Sequence record: NC_019411.1
Direction: 5' to 3' (one strand)
DNA length: 64,000 nt
Both the position numbers and the translations under genes were made by a program. Numbering within the stretch: the stretch's first letter is position 1; every line of letters begins with the position of its first letter. This document shows positions 1 through 8,604 of this stretch, piece after piece. The notes below the pieces were generated by a model. It saw only the letters and a program-made list of their open reading frames with translations. It did no database searches and was not told where the DNA came from.

Positions 1-2
1 GG

Positions 3-779
3 GCTCTGGGCGAAGTTTTGTGGGACTACTATGACTTGCATTATTTCAAGCGCAAGCGGTCCGAGTGGAAGTACCAAAGATTTGCTTTGGTTTATCAACA
101 ACTTGCCGACGCGGCCTCGGACACCTCCATCGCGTCCAAGTTTCAGACCTACGATCACCTGCCCCACCTGGAGCCGAAGGTGCTCAAGGCCCGGCTTGAC
201 GCGGGTCACGCCGACGAGCGCGGGCGGCCGATTCCGGACCGCAAGGAGCACTTCCGGCGGGTGGTGGTCAGCGTCGACTCGGCCAACAAGCCCGGCGCCC
301 GCAACGACTACAGCGTCGCCCAGGTCTGGGGGGAGACCCACGCCCGCAAGCACTACCTGATCTACCAGGAGCGCAAGAAGGTCGACATCACCGGCCTGAC
401 CGAGATGATCGAGCGGGTGGCCAAGCGCTACGAGGTCGACGCCATCCTGGTCGAAGACAAGGGCAACGGCACCGCCTACATCCAGGCTCGGGGCCAGACC
501 GACAGCCAGCGGCGGCTCGCCCCGGCCCCGATCGAGGCGATCCAGGTCCCGAGCACCTATTCCAAGGAGTTCCGCTTCAACGAGATCGTCCCGATGATCG
601 AGGCCGGCGAGGTCTTCCTGCCGGGCAAGGCCCCGTGGCTCGACCTGCTGATCCGCGAAATCGGTCAGTTCCCCGAAGGCGCCCATGACGACCAAGTCGA
701 CGCCATGACGCAGTACCTCCGCTGGGCCAAGTCCAAGCGCACGCGGTTCGGCGCGCGCAAGGTCGGCTCGATGGGCTGA
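3..779 (+). CDS. terL: Terminase large subunit, C-terminal RNase H-like nuclease domain (5'-partial)
   Basis: Frame is open to the window edge; VSVDSA, LVEDKGNG and C-terminal FPEGAHDDQVDAMTQ motifs typical of Terminase_6C. Confidence 0.9.
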   Translation, partial: ALGEVLWDYYDLHYFKRKRSEWKYQRFALVYQQLADAASDTSIASKFQTYDHLPHLEPKVLKARLDAGHADERGRPIPDRKEHFRRVVVSVDSANKPGARNDYSVAQVWGETHARKHYLIYQERKKVDITGLTEMIERVAKRYEVDAILVEDKGNGTAYIQARGQTDSQRRLAPAPIEAIQVPSTYSKEFRFNEIVPMIEAGEVFLPGKAPWLDLLIREIGQFPEGAHDDQVDAMTQYLRWAKSKRTRFGARKVGSMG

Positions 780-852
780 CGAGGCCCGTTAACCACGTTT
801 GTTAACCTCCGCCGGGGCCTTAACCCTAACACGGCGAGGGTTAACAGGTCCA

Positions 853-1005
853 GGGACCCTTCGAAATTAACCTTTCGGGGACCCTGGGAAATCGACAGAC
901 GGGGACCCTGGCCATTTTCCGGCTGGGGACCCTGCCAAATTCATCGCCGGGGACCCTCCGAAATTCATCTCTGGGGACCCTGGCGAATTCAGAGCCGGGG
1001 ACCCT
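853..1005 (+). repeat. Tandem array of 7 GGGACCCT cores, 24-25 bp period
   Basis: GGGACCCT at 853, 878, 902, 926, 950, 974, 998, with A/T-rich variable spacers. Confidence 0.9.
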
Positions 1006-1013
1006 GGCGAATC

Positions 1014-1217
1014 ATGGAGCCGACGATGGCCGGATTTCTCAACCTGATCCCGAACCTCGCGCCGTTCGCGCTTTGGGGCGTCCTCCTCTGGATCGCCGCC
1101 GAGGTGGTCTGGAGCGTCTGCCTCTGGGTCTACGGCCTGCGGACCCTGTTCAAGCTGCACCGCGACGATCTGGCCGAGGCGATCAGCTTCGAGCGGGCCT
1201 TGAGCCCCTTCGACTAG
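1014..1217 (+). CDS. Small membrane protein
   Basis: 67 aa with a hydrophobic segment FALWGVLLWIAAEVVWSVCLWVY. Confidence 0.6.
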   Translation: MEPTMAGFLNLIPNLAPFALWGVLLWIAAEVVWSVCLWVYGLRTLFKLHRDDLAEAISFERALSPFD

Positions 1218-1300
1218 GCGCGGCCTGCCGACCTAAGTCACGGACTGTAGGTTTCATGACAAGGTGGATTATTCCACAACGAAATCAAAGGCTTATCGCC

Positions 1301-1549
1301 ATGTCGATCCGCGCGTTCCTCCACGATCTGGCTGTCCGCTTCGTCGTTTTGGGGTGGATTTTTGCTCAAAAACCCCAGAAATGGGCTCCAAAAGGGCATA
1401 ATTTTCAGCCCATCCCGCCGGCCCAGGTCGAGCGGCAGGACCTCCGGGGGCGCGTGCTACTCCTGAGGAGCTTCGGCGTCCTCGCCGCCGCATGCACAAC
1501 CATGGGCCTGTGTCAATACCTGCTCTGGCGCCGCGCGGCCATGTCATAG
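1301..1549 (+). CDS. Small membrane protein
   Basis: ATG 1301 in frame with track ORF 1073..1549; hydrophobic segments at both ends; start uncertain. Confidence 0.5.
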   Translation: MSIRAFLHDLAVRFVVLGWIFAQKPQKWAPKGHNFQPIPPAQVERQDLRGRVLLLRSFGVLAAACTTMGLCQYLLWRRAAMS

Positions 1550-1596
1550 ACTAGGGCTTTCGTGACAGCTTCACGATCCCGTTACCGGACAACCCC

Positions 1597-1695
1597 ATGC
1601 CTCACCTGGGTTTCTGGCTCTCCGCCGCCTGCATCGCTCTGGCCTGGGCGATCTGGGCGCTGCGGCGGCTGATCGGCCCACCACCGCCCACCTGA
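1597..1695 (+). CDS. 32-aa membrane peptide MPHLGFWLSAACIALAWAIWALRRLIGPPPPT
   Basis: Translated by hand; single TM-like segment; below the ORF-track size cut-off. Confidence 0.4.
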   Translation: MPHLGFWLSAACIALAWAIWALRRLIGPPPPT

Positions 1696-1829
1696 TACCG
1701 GCGGCGCGAGCCCGCGCCGCCGGTATCGCCCGGCCAAAGCATCATATATGAGCCCTTAACCCCTCTAAGGTCTCATATATGCGACCTTACGGCCCTCTTG
1801 ACGCCCTCGTGTTCCTCTGAACGCGGGGG

Positions 1830-1956
1830 CGTTTTGACGTCGGCGCATTTCCAACTCAACGCGCGGCCGTTTTGACGTCCGAGCGTTTTGACGCGAGCGC
1901 ATTTTCGATTCGACGGGCGAGCGTTTTGACGTCCGAACGTTTTTCAACTTGACGTC
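1830..1956 (+). repeat. CGTTTTGACG direct-repeat cluster
   Basis: Copies at 1830, 1868, 1884, 1922, plus TTGACGTC at 1949. Confidence 0.8.
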
Positions 1957-1977
1957 GTTTCATTTACCACGAGCGCC

Positions 1978-2195
1978 TTAAGGTTAACCGCCGAGCCTGG
2001 GAAGGGTTAAGGCCCGTTAACCATGTTTGTTAACCCTCAGGCCGTTAACCCATCGCCCGTTAAGGTTAACGCACCCGCCCCCATTAACCCTTAGCGTGTT
2101 AAGGTTAACGCCCCGCCCGCCAACGTTAGGGTTAACAGGCCGTTAAGGTTAACAAACATGGTTAACGGGCCAGACCGGCGTTAACCCTAACGGCC
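1978..2195. repeat. Dense GTTAAC/TTAA cluster with a 25-bp perfect inverted repeat
   Basis: GGCCCGTTAACCATGTTTGTTAACC at 2011-2035, its exact reverse complement at 2147-2171, and a 1-mismatch copy at 783-807. Confidence 0.85.
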
Positions 2196-2230
2196 GGCGC
2201 CCAGGCGTTCGCCGGCGAGCCCAGGCCCAG

Positions 2231-2270
2231 GCCCTACCGGGTATGACCTGCCGGCCATACCCGGTAGGGC
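2231..2270 (-). terminator. 15-bp perfect hairpin downstream of the minus-strand gene
   Basis: GCCCTACCGGGTATG / CATACCCGGTAGGGC with 10-nt loop; no clear U-tract. Confidence 0.5.
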
Positions 2271-2275
2271 GCGCC

Positions 2276-2533
2276 TCACGCGTCCGCGTCGGGCGACGCC
2301 GCCGCGCCGTATTCGTGGTCATTCCAGAGTATGCCCAGAATTTCGTCAGGCCCGAACGAAGGCAACAGGGTTTGCAGGGCGTCGTATGTCTCGCGAAAGG
2401 CGCTCGCGTCGTCGTCTTGCATCCAAACCGACTCCTTGCCGGCCTTGTCGCGGAACGTGTACGCCGCGCCGTTCCCGTAGCTGTCGAGGGCGAAGCGTTC
2501 GCCCTCCGAAATGCGTAGCGGTCCTGAGTACAT
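2276..2533 (-). CDS. Hypothetical protein (85 aa), divergent early gene
   Basis: ATG at 2533 with GGAG SD; minus-strand CtrA-like box at 2589-2603. Confidence 0.7.
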   Translation of the reverse strand: MYSGPLRISEGERFALDSYGNGAAYTFRDKAGKESVWMQDDDASAFRETYDALQTLLPSFGPDEILGILWNDHEYGAAASPDADA

Positions 2534-2705
2534 GGGGCGATCTCCAAGGGCGCGGGGTGCGCCGACCCGTGCAATCTGACAGCCAATTCTTAACAAAAGG
2601 TTACCGTGAGATTTTTCTTGCCGTTTACTTTTTGTTAAGAATTGGGGTCTAGTGTCCTCCTTGTCGGGGCCAGCCCCGGCGCTCTTTGACATTGTGAGGC
2701 AATCC

Positions 2706-2894
2706 ATGATTCCCCAAGAAATCCTGAATCCGCGCGAGCACTGGACTCCCGTCGCCTCGCGCGAGGAAGCCGACAAGATCGCCGCGCGCTGCACCGAAGG
2801 CGACCCCGTCGGCCGCTACTATGTCGAGCCCAAGGGCGCCGGCTACGCTGTCGCCTATGACGACGAGGCGGGCGAATTCGTCGCCTACCTTTAA
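2706..2894 (+). CDS. Early hypothetical protein
   Basis: ATG 2706 after GTGAGG; downstream of the 2624 promoter. Confidence 0.7.
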   Translation: MIPQEILNPREHWTPVASREEADKIAARCTEGDPVGRYYVEPKGAGYAVAYDDEAGEFVAYL

Positions 2895-2955
2895 CCTTTT
2901 GTTAAGACCTGACCTCTAAACAGGGGTCAGGTTCAACCCCTGGAGGCCCTGCCCC

Positions 2956-3495
2956 ATGTCCGTTATCGAAACCGCCAACCTCTCGCGCGGCCGTGTTCTC
3001 ACGGTCGAAATCGACGACTGCGCTCAAGAGCCCTACGCCGACGACAAGGGCGTGCGAATCGTCGTCCTGCATCGCCATTGGGCGAACCCCGCCGCCGGCC
3101 TGCTGGACACCGTCGAGGACGTTCAAGCCTTCGAGGCGCAGAACGCCGCGCCCGACTCCGCATGGGCGATCTTTGAGCTATGGGTGATGGACCATAGCGG
3201 CCGGACCTTCAAGGCCGGCGCGCTGGGCGCCGGAAACCCGTTCGGCGCCGGACCCTACGCGCAATGGGATAGCGGCCGGGTCGGAGTCATCGCCCTGGCG
3301 CGCGCCGAGTGGCCCGCCGCCGACCTCAAGACCGCCCAAGGCGTCGCCGACACCTACGGCGCATGGGCCGAAGGCGAGGTTTACCAATTCGTCATTTCGA
3401 ACCGCCGGGGCGACGTGCTCGACTCGTGCGGCGGGTTCTACAGCGTCGCCGAAGCCCTGGCCGCCGGCCGCGACGCCGCCAAGGTGAAGGCGTGA
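2956..3495 (+). CDS. Early conserved phage protein (DHSG...WDSGxVG...GEVY...DSCGGFY motif family)
   Basis: GGAGG SD; motif pattern recalled from phage/MGE hypothetical proteins. Confidence 0.75.
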   Translation: MSVIETANLSRGRVLTVEIDDCAQEPYADDKGVRIVVLHRHWANPAAGLLDTVEDVQAFEAQNAAPDSAWAIFELWVMDHSGRTFKAGALGAGNPFGAGPYAQWDSGRVGVIALARAEWPAADLKTAQGVADTYGAWAEGEVYQFVISNRRGDVLDSCGGFYSVAEALAAGRDAAKVKA

Positions 3496-3686
3496 GGGTC
3501 GCCCGCGAAAGCTTCGCCGTGTTCTGGACCCGCCCCGGCTGGCGCGTCCAGTTTCACGCCGACATGAAACGGGCGCTGTACCCGACCGCCAAGGCCGCCG
3601 CCGACGCCTTCGCCGCCATGTTCCCGGCTGATCAGGTCAAGAGCGTGCGCGACGGTTCCGGCCGCTTCCTGGCCTTCAAGCGCTAG
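3492..3686 (+). CDS. Early hypothetical protein
   Basis: GTGA overlap with the previous stop; followed by a terminator hairpin. Confidence 0.65.
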   Translation: MRVARESFAVFWTRPGWRVQFHADMKRALYPTAKAAADAFAAMFPADQVKSVRDGSGRFLAFKR

Positions 3687-3690
3687 ACCA

Positions 3691-3722
3691 GACGCCCCGG
3701 AAAACTTTTCCGGGGCGTTTAC
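3691..3722 (+). terminator. Intrinsic terminator
   Basis: GACGCCCCGGAAAA/TTTTCCGGGGCGTT followed by a T-rich tail. Confidence 0.7.
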
Positions 3723-3795
3723 TTTTTGTTAAGGAATGGCGTCTAGTGTCCCTCTTGCCGCCGGGCAATCCCGCCCGGCCTTGGAGTTCTTCCCC

Positions 3796-4314
3796 ATGCC
3801 GGAATTTGTCCTAGATACGTCGGGCCAAGTCGCCCCGCCCGCCGCCGCCAAGCTTTGGCCGCACCCCCTGGCCTGGAATCAGTTGAGCGATTTTGCTCAA
3901 GGCTATATCGAGGCCCTGTTTTTCACCGAGTCGTCGCCGGCCTATGACCGCGCCGAATGGTTCGGCGCCGAGTGTCAAGAGGCCCTGACCGAAGGCACGG
4001 CGGACGGCAACATTCCGGGCGATGTCGGTTTTTCCGACCTCGCGCCCGACACCCTCAACCGCATCTTGAACGACTGCGCCAACTTCAAGCGCGAGCACGC
4101 CGACACCCTGGCCAAGGCCTATGACCACGGCGGCGCGGCGGGCGACTATGACGAAACCCAAGCCGGCCGCGATTACTGGTACACCCGCAACGGCCATGGC
4201 GTCGGGTTTTGGGATCGCGGACTCGGCGAGATCGGCGAGGCCCTGAGCAAGGCCGCCCGCTACAGCGAGCAAAACGCCTCTTTCGAAGAGGACGGAAAAG
4301 TCTACCTGTTTTAA
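3796..4314 (+). CDS. Early conserved phage protein (YWYTRNGHGVGFWDR motif family)
   Basis: GGAG SD, ATG 3796; motif recalled from phage early regions. Confidence 0.75.
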   Translation: MPEFVLDTSGQVAPPAAAKLWPHPLAWNQLSDFAQGYIEALFFTESSPAYDRAEWFGAECQEALTEGTADGNIPGDVGFSDLAPDTLNRILNDCANFKREHADTLAKAYDHGGAAGDYDETQAGRDYWYTRNGHGVGFWDRGLGEIGEALSKAARYSEQNASFEEDGKVYLF

Positions 4315-4406
4315 CCTTTTGTTAAGACTTGGCCTCTAGGGTCGAGTTGTCCCGGCGCCGGGGCTGGAAACCCCGGCGCGTCCATTCCGTGAAAGGAATC
4401 CATACC

Positions 4407-5159
4407 GTGTCTTTTGGTCAATTCTCCGCCGACGCCCGCGCCCCGCTGTCGAAAGCCGCCATGCTGGACGCCCTCCCCGCCGCCCGCCGCGACGCTCTGG
4501 TCAAGTCCAGCAAGCCGGCGCGCAACACCCTCGATTACACGACGTCGGACGGCGTGCGCCGCGTGCGCCTGCATGACACCGACGTCCTGACCTTCCATGT
4601 CAACGGCGCCGTCGAGATCAACACGGGCGGCTGGAATACCCTCACCACGCGCGACCGCATCAACGCTTTCGCCCCGCCTCACGTGCGCGTCTACAGCGAC
4701 AAGGGCCGCGCCGTGGTTCACGCCTTGCCGGCCGGCGCCAGCGCCGTCACGTGGTCCAGCCCCGCCGCGTCCAAGCCGTTCGCCAAGCGCGCCACCGTCC
4801 ACCCGGACGGCCGAATCGAAGTGGACGCCACCGTCAAGGAACTGGAGGCGATTCCTAGCCTCATCCGCCGCTATCTGGAGGCCTTCAAGGCCGGTTTCCC
4901 GTTCAACTCGTCGGGCGACCCGTGGATGACGCCCGGCGCCCTCGTCGCCCCTGAAACGGCCCTGGATTGGCTGGGCGCCGACAGCGGCAAGCCGTACCTG
5001 TTCGACTCGATCCTGTTTCACGCCCATGTCGCGGCCGGCCTTACCGAAGAGGGCGCGGCCGGCTACATGCGCGACCTCTTCCGCCACCCGGCGCGGCTGG
5101 ATAAGTTCCACCTCGGCCGCATCCGGCGTTATCTCAAGCGCTGCTTGCGCGACGCCTAA
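4407..5159 (+). CDS. Early conserved phage protein (INTGGWNTLTTRDRINA motif)
   Basis: AAGGA SD, GTG 4407; start uncertain. Confidence 0.7.
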   Translation: MSFGQFSADARAPLSKAAMLDALPAARRDALVKSSKPARNTLDYTTSDGVRRVRLHDTDVLTFHVNGAVEINTGGWNTLTTRDRINAFAPPHVRVYSDKGRAVVHALPAGASAVTWSSPAASKPFAKRATVHPDGRIEVDATVKELEAIPSLIRRYLEAFKAGFPFNSSGDPWMTPGALVAPETALDWLGADSGKPYLFDSILFHAHVAAGLTEEGAAGYMRDLFRHPARLDKFHLGRIRRYLKRCLRDA

Positions 5160-5167
5160 GACCCTCC

Positions 5168-5200
5168 GGCCGCGCCTCCCCTGGCGCGGCCGTTCTTTTT
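5168..5200 (+). terminator. Intrinsic terminator
   Basis: GGCCGCGCC/GGCGCGGCC followed by GTTCTTTTT. Confidence 0.75.
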
Positions 5201-5289
5201 CCGTGTACGCGTTAACTTGTTGTTAAGACTTTATCCGCTAGTGTCCCTTTGCCGGCGCACTTCCGCGCCCTCACCTGGAGATTTTCCCC

Positions 5290-5910
5290 ATGGTCCGCCT
5301 GATCAAAGCCAAGACCGCCGCCGAACAAGCCGAAGCCCTCGCCAGCCTGCGCAAGATGATCAAGCCGGGCGACACGGTTTATCCCGTGCTGCGCCACGTC
5401 TCGACCTCCGGCATGTTGCGGGTCATTGACCTGATTATCCCGGTCACCGTCACCCAAACCGACACCTTGCCGGCCGATGCGCGCGGCTTCAAGATCGGCG
5501 TTCAAGCCTATGCGACCCCGCCGGAACGCAACGCCCCCCGCGCCTTCTCAACCGGTACGGTTTCGGCTTTCGACGCCGACACCGTGACCATTACCTATCA
5601 GGCCACCGCCGACGGCCGGGGCGACGCGGAGTCGGTGACGTGGCCCCGTGGTCAGGTCAAGTTCTACCGCAAGAGCACGCGCCCCGGCGTCCGCTCGATC
5701 GGCTGGCTTGCCGCGAAGGCCATGGGCGACACTTTCGACGCCGACCGCCAAGGAATCAAGGTCGGCGGGTGCGGGATGGATATGGGCTTTCACCTCGTTT
5801 ACAGCCTGGGCCGCACCTTGTGGCCGAAGGGGACGAAAAAGCCCCATGGCTCGCGCAATGGCGAGCCCGACCGCGACGGCGGTTATGCGCTGAAACATTC
5901 CTGGCTTTAA
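5290..5910 (+). CDS. Early conserved phage protein (LRHVSxSGM...GCGMDMGFHLVY family)
   Basis: GGAG SD; recognisable motif family, function unknown. Confidence 0.75.
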   Translation: MVRLIKAKTAAEQAEALASLRKMIKPGDTVYPVLRHVSTSGMLRVIDLIIPVTVTQTDTLPADARGFKIGVQAYATPPERNAPRAFSTGTVSAFDADTVTITYQATADGRGDAESVTWPRGQVKFYRKSTRPGVRSIGWLAAKAMGDTFDADRQGIKVGGCGMDMGFHLVYSLGRTLWPKGTKKPHGSRNGEPDRDGGYALKHSWL

Positions 5911-5988
5911 CTTTTTGTTAAGAGTTTAGCCGCTAATGTCTCCTTGCGGCCGGGCAATCCCGCCCGGCCGCACTGGAAAGCCAAGCCC

Positions 5989-6261
5989 ATGACCCGCGCT
6001 CAAGCCCTCGCCGAAATGAACGCCCTCCCCGGTATCATCGCCTCTTTCGAGCGCGAGACGGGCGAATATCGCGTCACCCTGCGCTTTGGCCCCCTGCCGG
6101 GCGGCCGGGGCGCTCAAGAGTGGATGCACAAGCGCCGCGAAGCCGTCGCCAGCTACAGCGACGACAAGGCCGACGCCCTGGCCACCGCCCGCGACATGTC
6201 GGCCCGTTGGGAAGCCATGACGCCCGCGCAACGTGATCACCTGTACCGCCACCCCGCGTAA
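5989..6261 (+). CDS. Early hypothetical protein
   Basis: ATG 5989 downstream of the 5907 promoter and a 5' hairpin. Confidence 0.7.
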   Translation: MTRAQALAEMNALPGIIASFERETGEYRVTLRFGPLPGGRGAQEWMHKRREAVASYSDDKADALATARDMSARWEAMTPAQRDHLYRHPA

Positions 6262-6325
6262 CCCTTCCTTAAGACCTCGCCGCCTAGGGTGGCGGGGTCA
6301 TCAACCCCCGCAAGGATCGCCCGAC

Positions 6326-6604
6326 ATGCGCAAGCCCCTCACCCAAGAGCAAAAGGCCCGCCGCCGCGCCCAACGCCGCGCCGCCCGCCTCGCCTGGAGC
6401 GACGAACGCCGCGCGGCCGAATACGCCCGCCAATCGCGCTTTTTCCTGATGATCGCCGAACGCGCCCAAGCGGCGGGCGACGCCAAGGAAGCCGCCCGCC
6501 TCGCCACCGTCGCCCAACGCAAGGTCACTAACTGGCGCATGGCGCAAGCCTGCGCTCGAATCAACGCCCTGGCGGTTCACGCCTGGGCTTCCGTCGCCGC
6601 CTAA
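6326..6604 (+). CDS. Early Arg/Ala-rich basic protein
   Basis: AAGGA SD, ATG 6326. Confidence 0.7.
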   Translation: MRKPLTQEQKARRRAQRRAARLAWSDERRAAEYARQSRFFLMIAERAQAAGDAKEAARLATVAQRKVTNWRMAQACARINALAVHAWASVAA

Positions 6605-6616
6605 GGAGCCGCAACC

Positions 6617-6940
6617 ATGCCCCCGATGACTCACCCTCACGCCCTGGCCTTGATCGCGCTCGCCGAAAAGGTCTTGCCCCTGACCCGGCTGGACCCGCTG
6701 GACCAGCGCGCCGCCGCTGTCGACCTGATCGGCGATCTTTACAGCCTCGCCGACTCCATCGACGCCACCGCCGGCCACTTGGTCGAGGCCGTCAACGGCG
6801 CCTTGCGCGACGGCTGCGAGGGTTACGCGCCCAAGAGCCGCGCCGCCGCCGCTGTCGCCACCGTCCGCGCCGACGAACTGCGCTCCGCCCTGGAAGCGTA
6901 CACCGAAGCCGCCGCCCTGGCCCTGCCGAAGGTCGCCTAA
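6617..6940 (+). CDS. Early hypothetical protein
   Basis: AAGGAG SD. Confidence 0.75.
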   Translation: MPPMTHPHALALIALAEKVLPLTRLDPLDQRAAAVDLIGDLYSLADSIDATAGHLVEAVNGALRDGCEGYAPKSRAAAAVATVRADELRSALEAYTEAAALALPKVA

Positions 6941-6943
6941 GCC

Positions 6944-7612
6944 ATGTCGCAACGCTACCGCCTCGCGCCCTCCGCCCGCGTCTCCAAGACGCTTTCGGAC
7001 CTGCTTTATGCGGCGTCGGAAGTCGTCGCCACGGCGGCGCAATATGAGACGACGCCCGCCGGTCAAACCAAGCTCGCCAAGATGCGCGGCGACCTGATCA
7101 CCGAAAGCGCCGGCGCCCTTGTGCGCAAGCCGCCTAGCGCCGTCCTCGCAACCCTCGTTTGGGTTGTCGAACTGGCGCAAGCCCGCGCCACGGAAAACGA
7201 CTTCGGCAACGCTCAAGAGGCGCTGGACGAACACGACGCCTTAGCGTTCGTCGCCGATTGGCTGGAAGCCGAAGGCGTGGACGTGAGCGACATTCGCGGC
7301 GCCGCGCCCTCCGCCGAAGCCTTGGCCGAACTGGTCGCCCGTCGCGACGCCGAACAAGAGGCGCTGGACGCCCTAGAGCGCCCCGTTCCCCTCATCGCGT
7401 CGGATAAGGCCTATGCGCTTGCCGAAGTCTTCGGCGGGCTGATCCCGGCCGCCCTGGCGCTGGGCTATGAATTCCACGTCAGGCCCGACGGGCTCGCCCC
7501 GCCGCACTACGTCAGCCGCAACGGCGTTCCCGTCGCCGCGTACTACGCCGACAAGGAAGCGCTCGCGCTGGACACCCTCGCCATTCACATTGACCAAGCC
7601 AAGGAAGCCTAG
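6944..7612 (+). CDS. Early hypothetical protein
   Basis: Tightly packed operon, typical GC3 bias. Confidence 0.75.
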   Translation: MSQRYRLAPSARVSKTLSDLLYAASEVVATAAQYETTPAGQTKLAKMRGDLITESAGALVRKPPSAVLATLVWVVELAQARATENDFGNAQEALDEHDALAFVADWLEAEGVDVSDIRGAAPSAEALAELVARRDAEQEALDALERPVPLIASDKAYALAEVFGGLIPAALALGYEFHVRPDGLAPPHYVSRNGVPVAAYYADKEALALDTLAIHIDQAKEA

Positions 7613-7615
7613 ACC

Positions 7616-8326
7616 ATGACCGCCCCCGCCCTGACCCGCGCCGCCGCCCTCGAAGCCCTGGAAATCGCCCGCGCCAACCTCGCCGCCGGTCCTGCCCTGG
7701 CCAAGGCCGCCGACGGCGTGACGAATGTGTGTCACTTCGCCCTGACCCGCGCCGCCATGCTCAAGGCCGCCAACATGATCGCCGCCGCCGCCCCGGCGCT
7801 GGACCTGGGCGCCGTCTCGACGGCTGATCTTATCGCCGAACTCTACCGCCGCCCCGTGGCGCTTTGCGTGTTCGAAGCCGCCGACGTGTTGAGCGAGGCG
7901 CCCGGCGCTTTCGACGACGCCGACGACGCGGGCCAATGGCTGGCGAGCAAGTCCAGCTATATCGGCGACGCGATGAGCGGCGCCGGCTGGGACTCGGTGC
8001 GCTATCACCTGACCGCCGACGGCCGGGCGACCGATGACGACGAGGAAGCCGACGACGAGGGCGACGCCCTCCCCGTCGCCGTGACCTTGGAGCAAGGCGA
8101 CGCGGTCCCCGTGGTCGGGCGCTTCGCTACCGTGGCGGAGGCTGAAACCTTCCTGGCGTCGCCGATCCGTGATCAAGCCGCCCTGGAGGCCGGCCGCTAC
8201 GGTATCGACGCGCCGCACGGCGTGGCCAGCGACGACGACGCCGTGACCCTGGCGCGGCGCCTGGGCTGGGCTGGCGTGGCGAACGCGGCCGAAGCCTTGC
8301 GCTTCCTGGCCAAAATCGAGCCTTAA
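7616..8326 (+). CDS. Early hypothetical protein
   Basis: Tightly packed operon. Confidence 0.75.
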   Translation: MTAPALTRAAALEALEIARANLAAGPALAKAADGVTNVCHFALTRAAMLKAANMIAAAAPALDLGAVSTADLIAELYRRPVALCVFEAADVLSEAPGAFDDADDAGQWLASKSSYIGDAMSGAGWDSVRYHLTADGRATDDDEEADDEGDALPVAVTLEQGDAVPVVGRFATVAEAETFLASPIRDQAALEAGRYGIDAPHGVASDDDAVTLARRLGWAGVANAAEALRFLAKIEP

Positions 8327-8604
8327 GCCCGCCTAAGTCATCAAACCGACCGTCTATGACTTGTCACCGGCCGAACTCTTGCCCGGTGACAGTCTGGGCA
8401 AGTAAAGCTCACTCTTGATTTTATGACTTAGCGCAAAAGATTGAAATTGCTCGAAAAATTCCTCGAAGCTCACAAAGTCGTTTTCTGGCTGCTTTTGCTG
8501 GCCTGTTTGTGGCGCTTTTAACGGTTTGTTAACCCCTGGCCCTCTAGGGTCGAATTCCCGGCGCGGCAATCCCGCCGCCCGGCCTTCCTTCGGAGCTTCT
8601 GATC

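Noticed and set aside
1-779. Intein or intron in terL within this window
   Set aside because: The visible part reads continuously as the nuclease domain with no splicing motifs; the slightly AT-richer first 110 bp is not enough evidence.
853-1005. CRISPR array
   Set aside because: The conserved core is only 8-9 bp, spacers are about 15 bp and resemble each other, and no cas genes are present.
867-1160. Minus-strand ORF with (P/A)GSP octapeptide repeats as a RiPP-like precursor
   Set aside because: The periodicity follows from the 24-bp DNA repeat being a multiple of three; it overlaps a better plus-strand gene and no modifying enzymes are nearby.
3796-4314. Anti-CRISPR assignment
   Set aside because: No recognisable similarity to an Acr I know and no aca-type HTH gene nearby.
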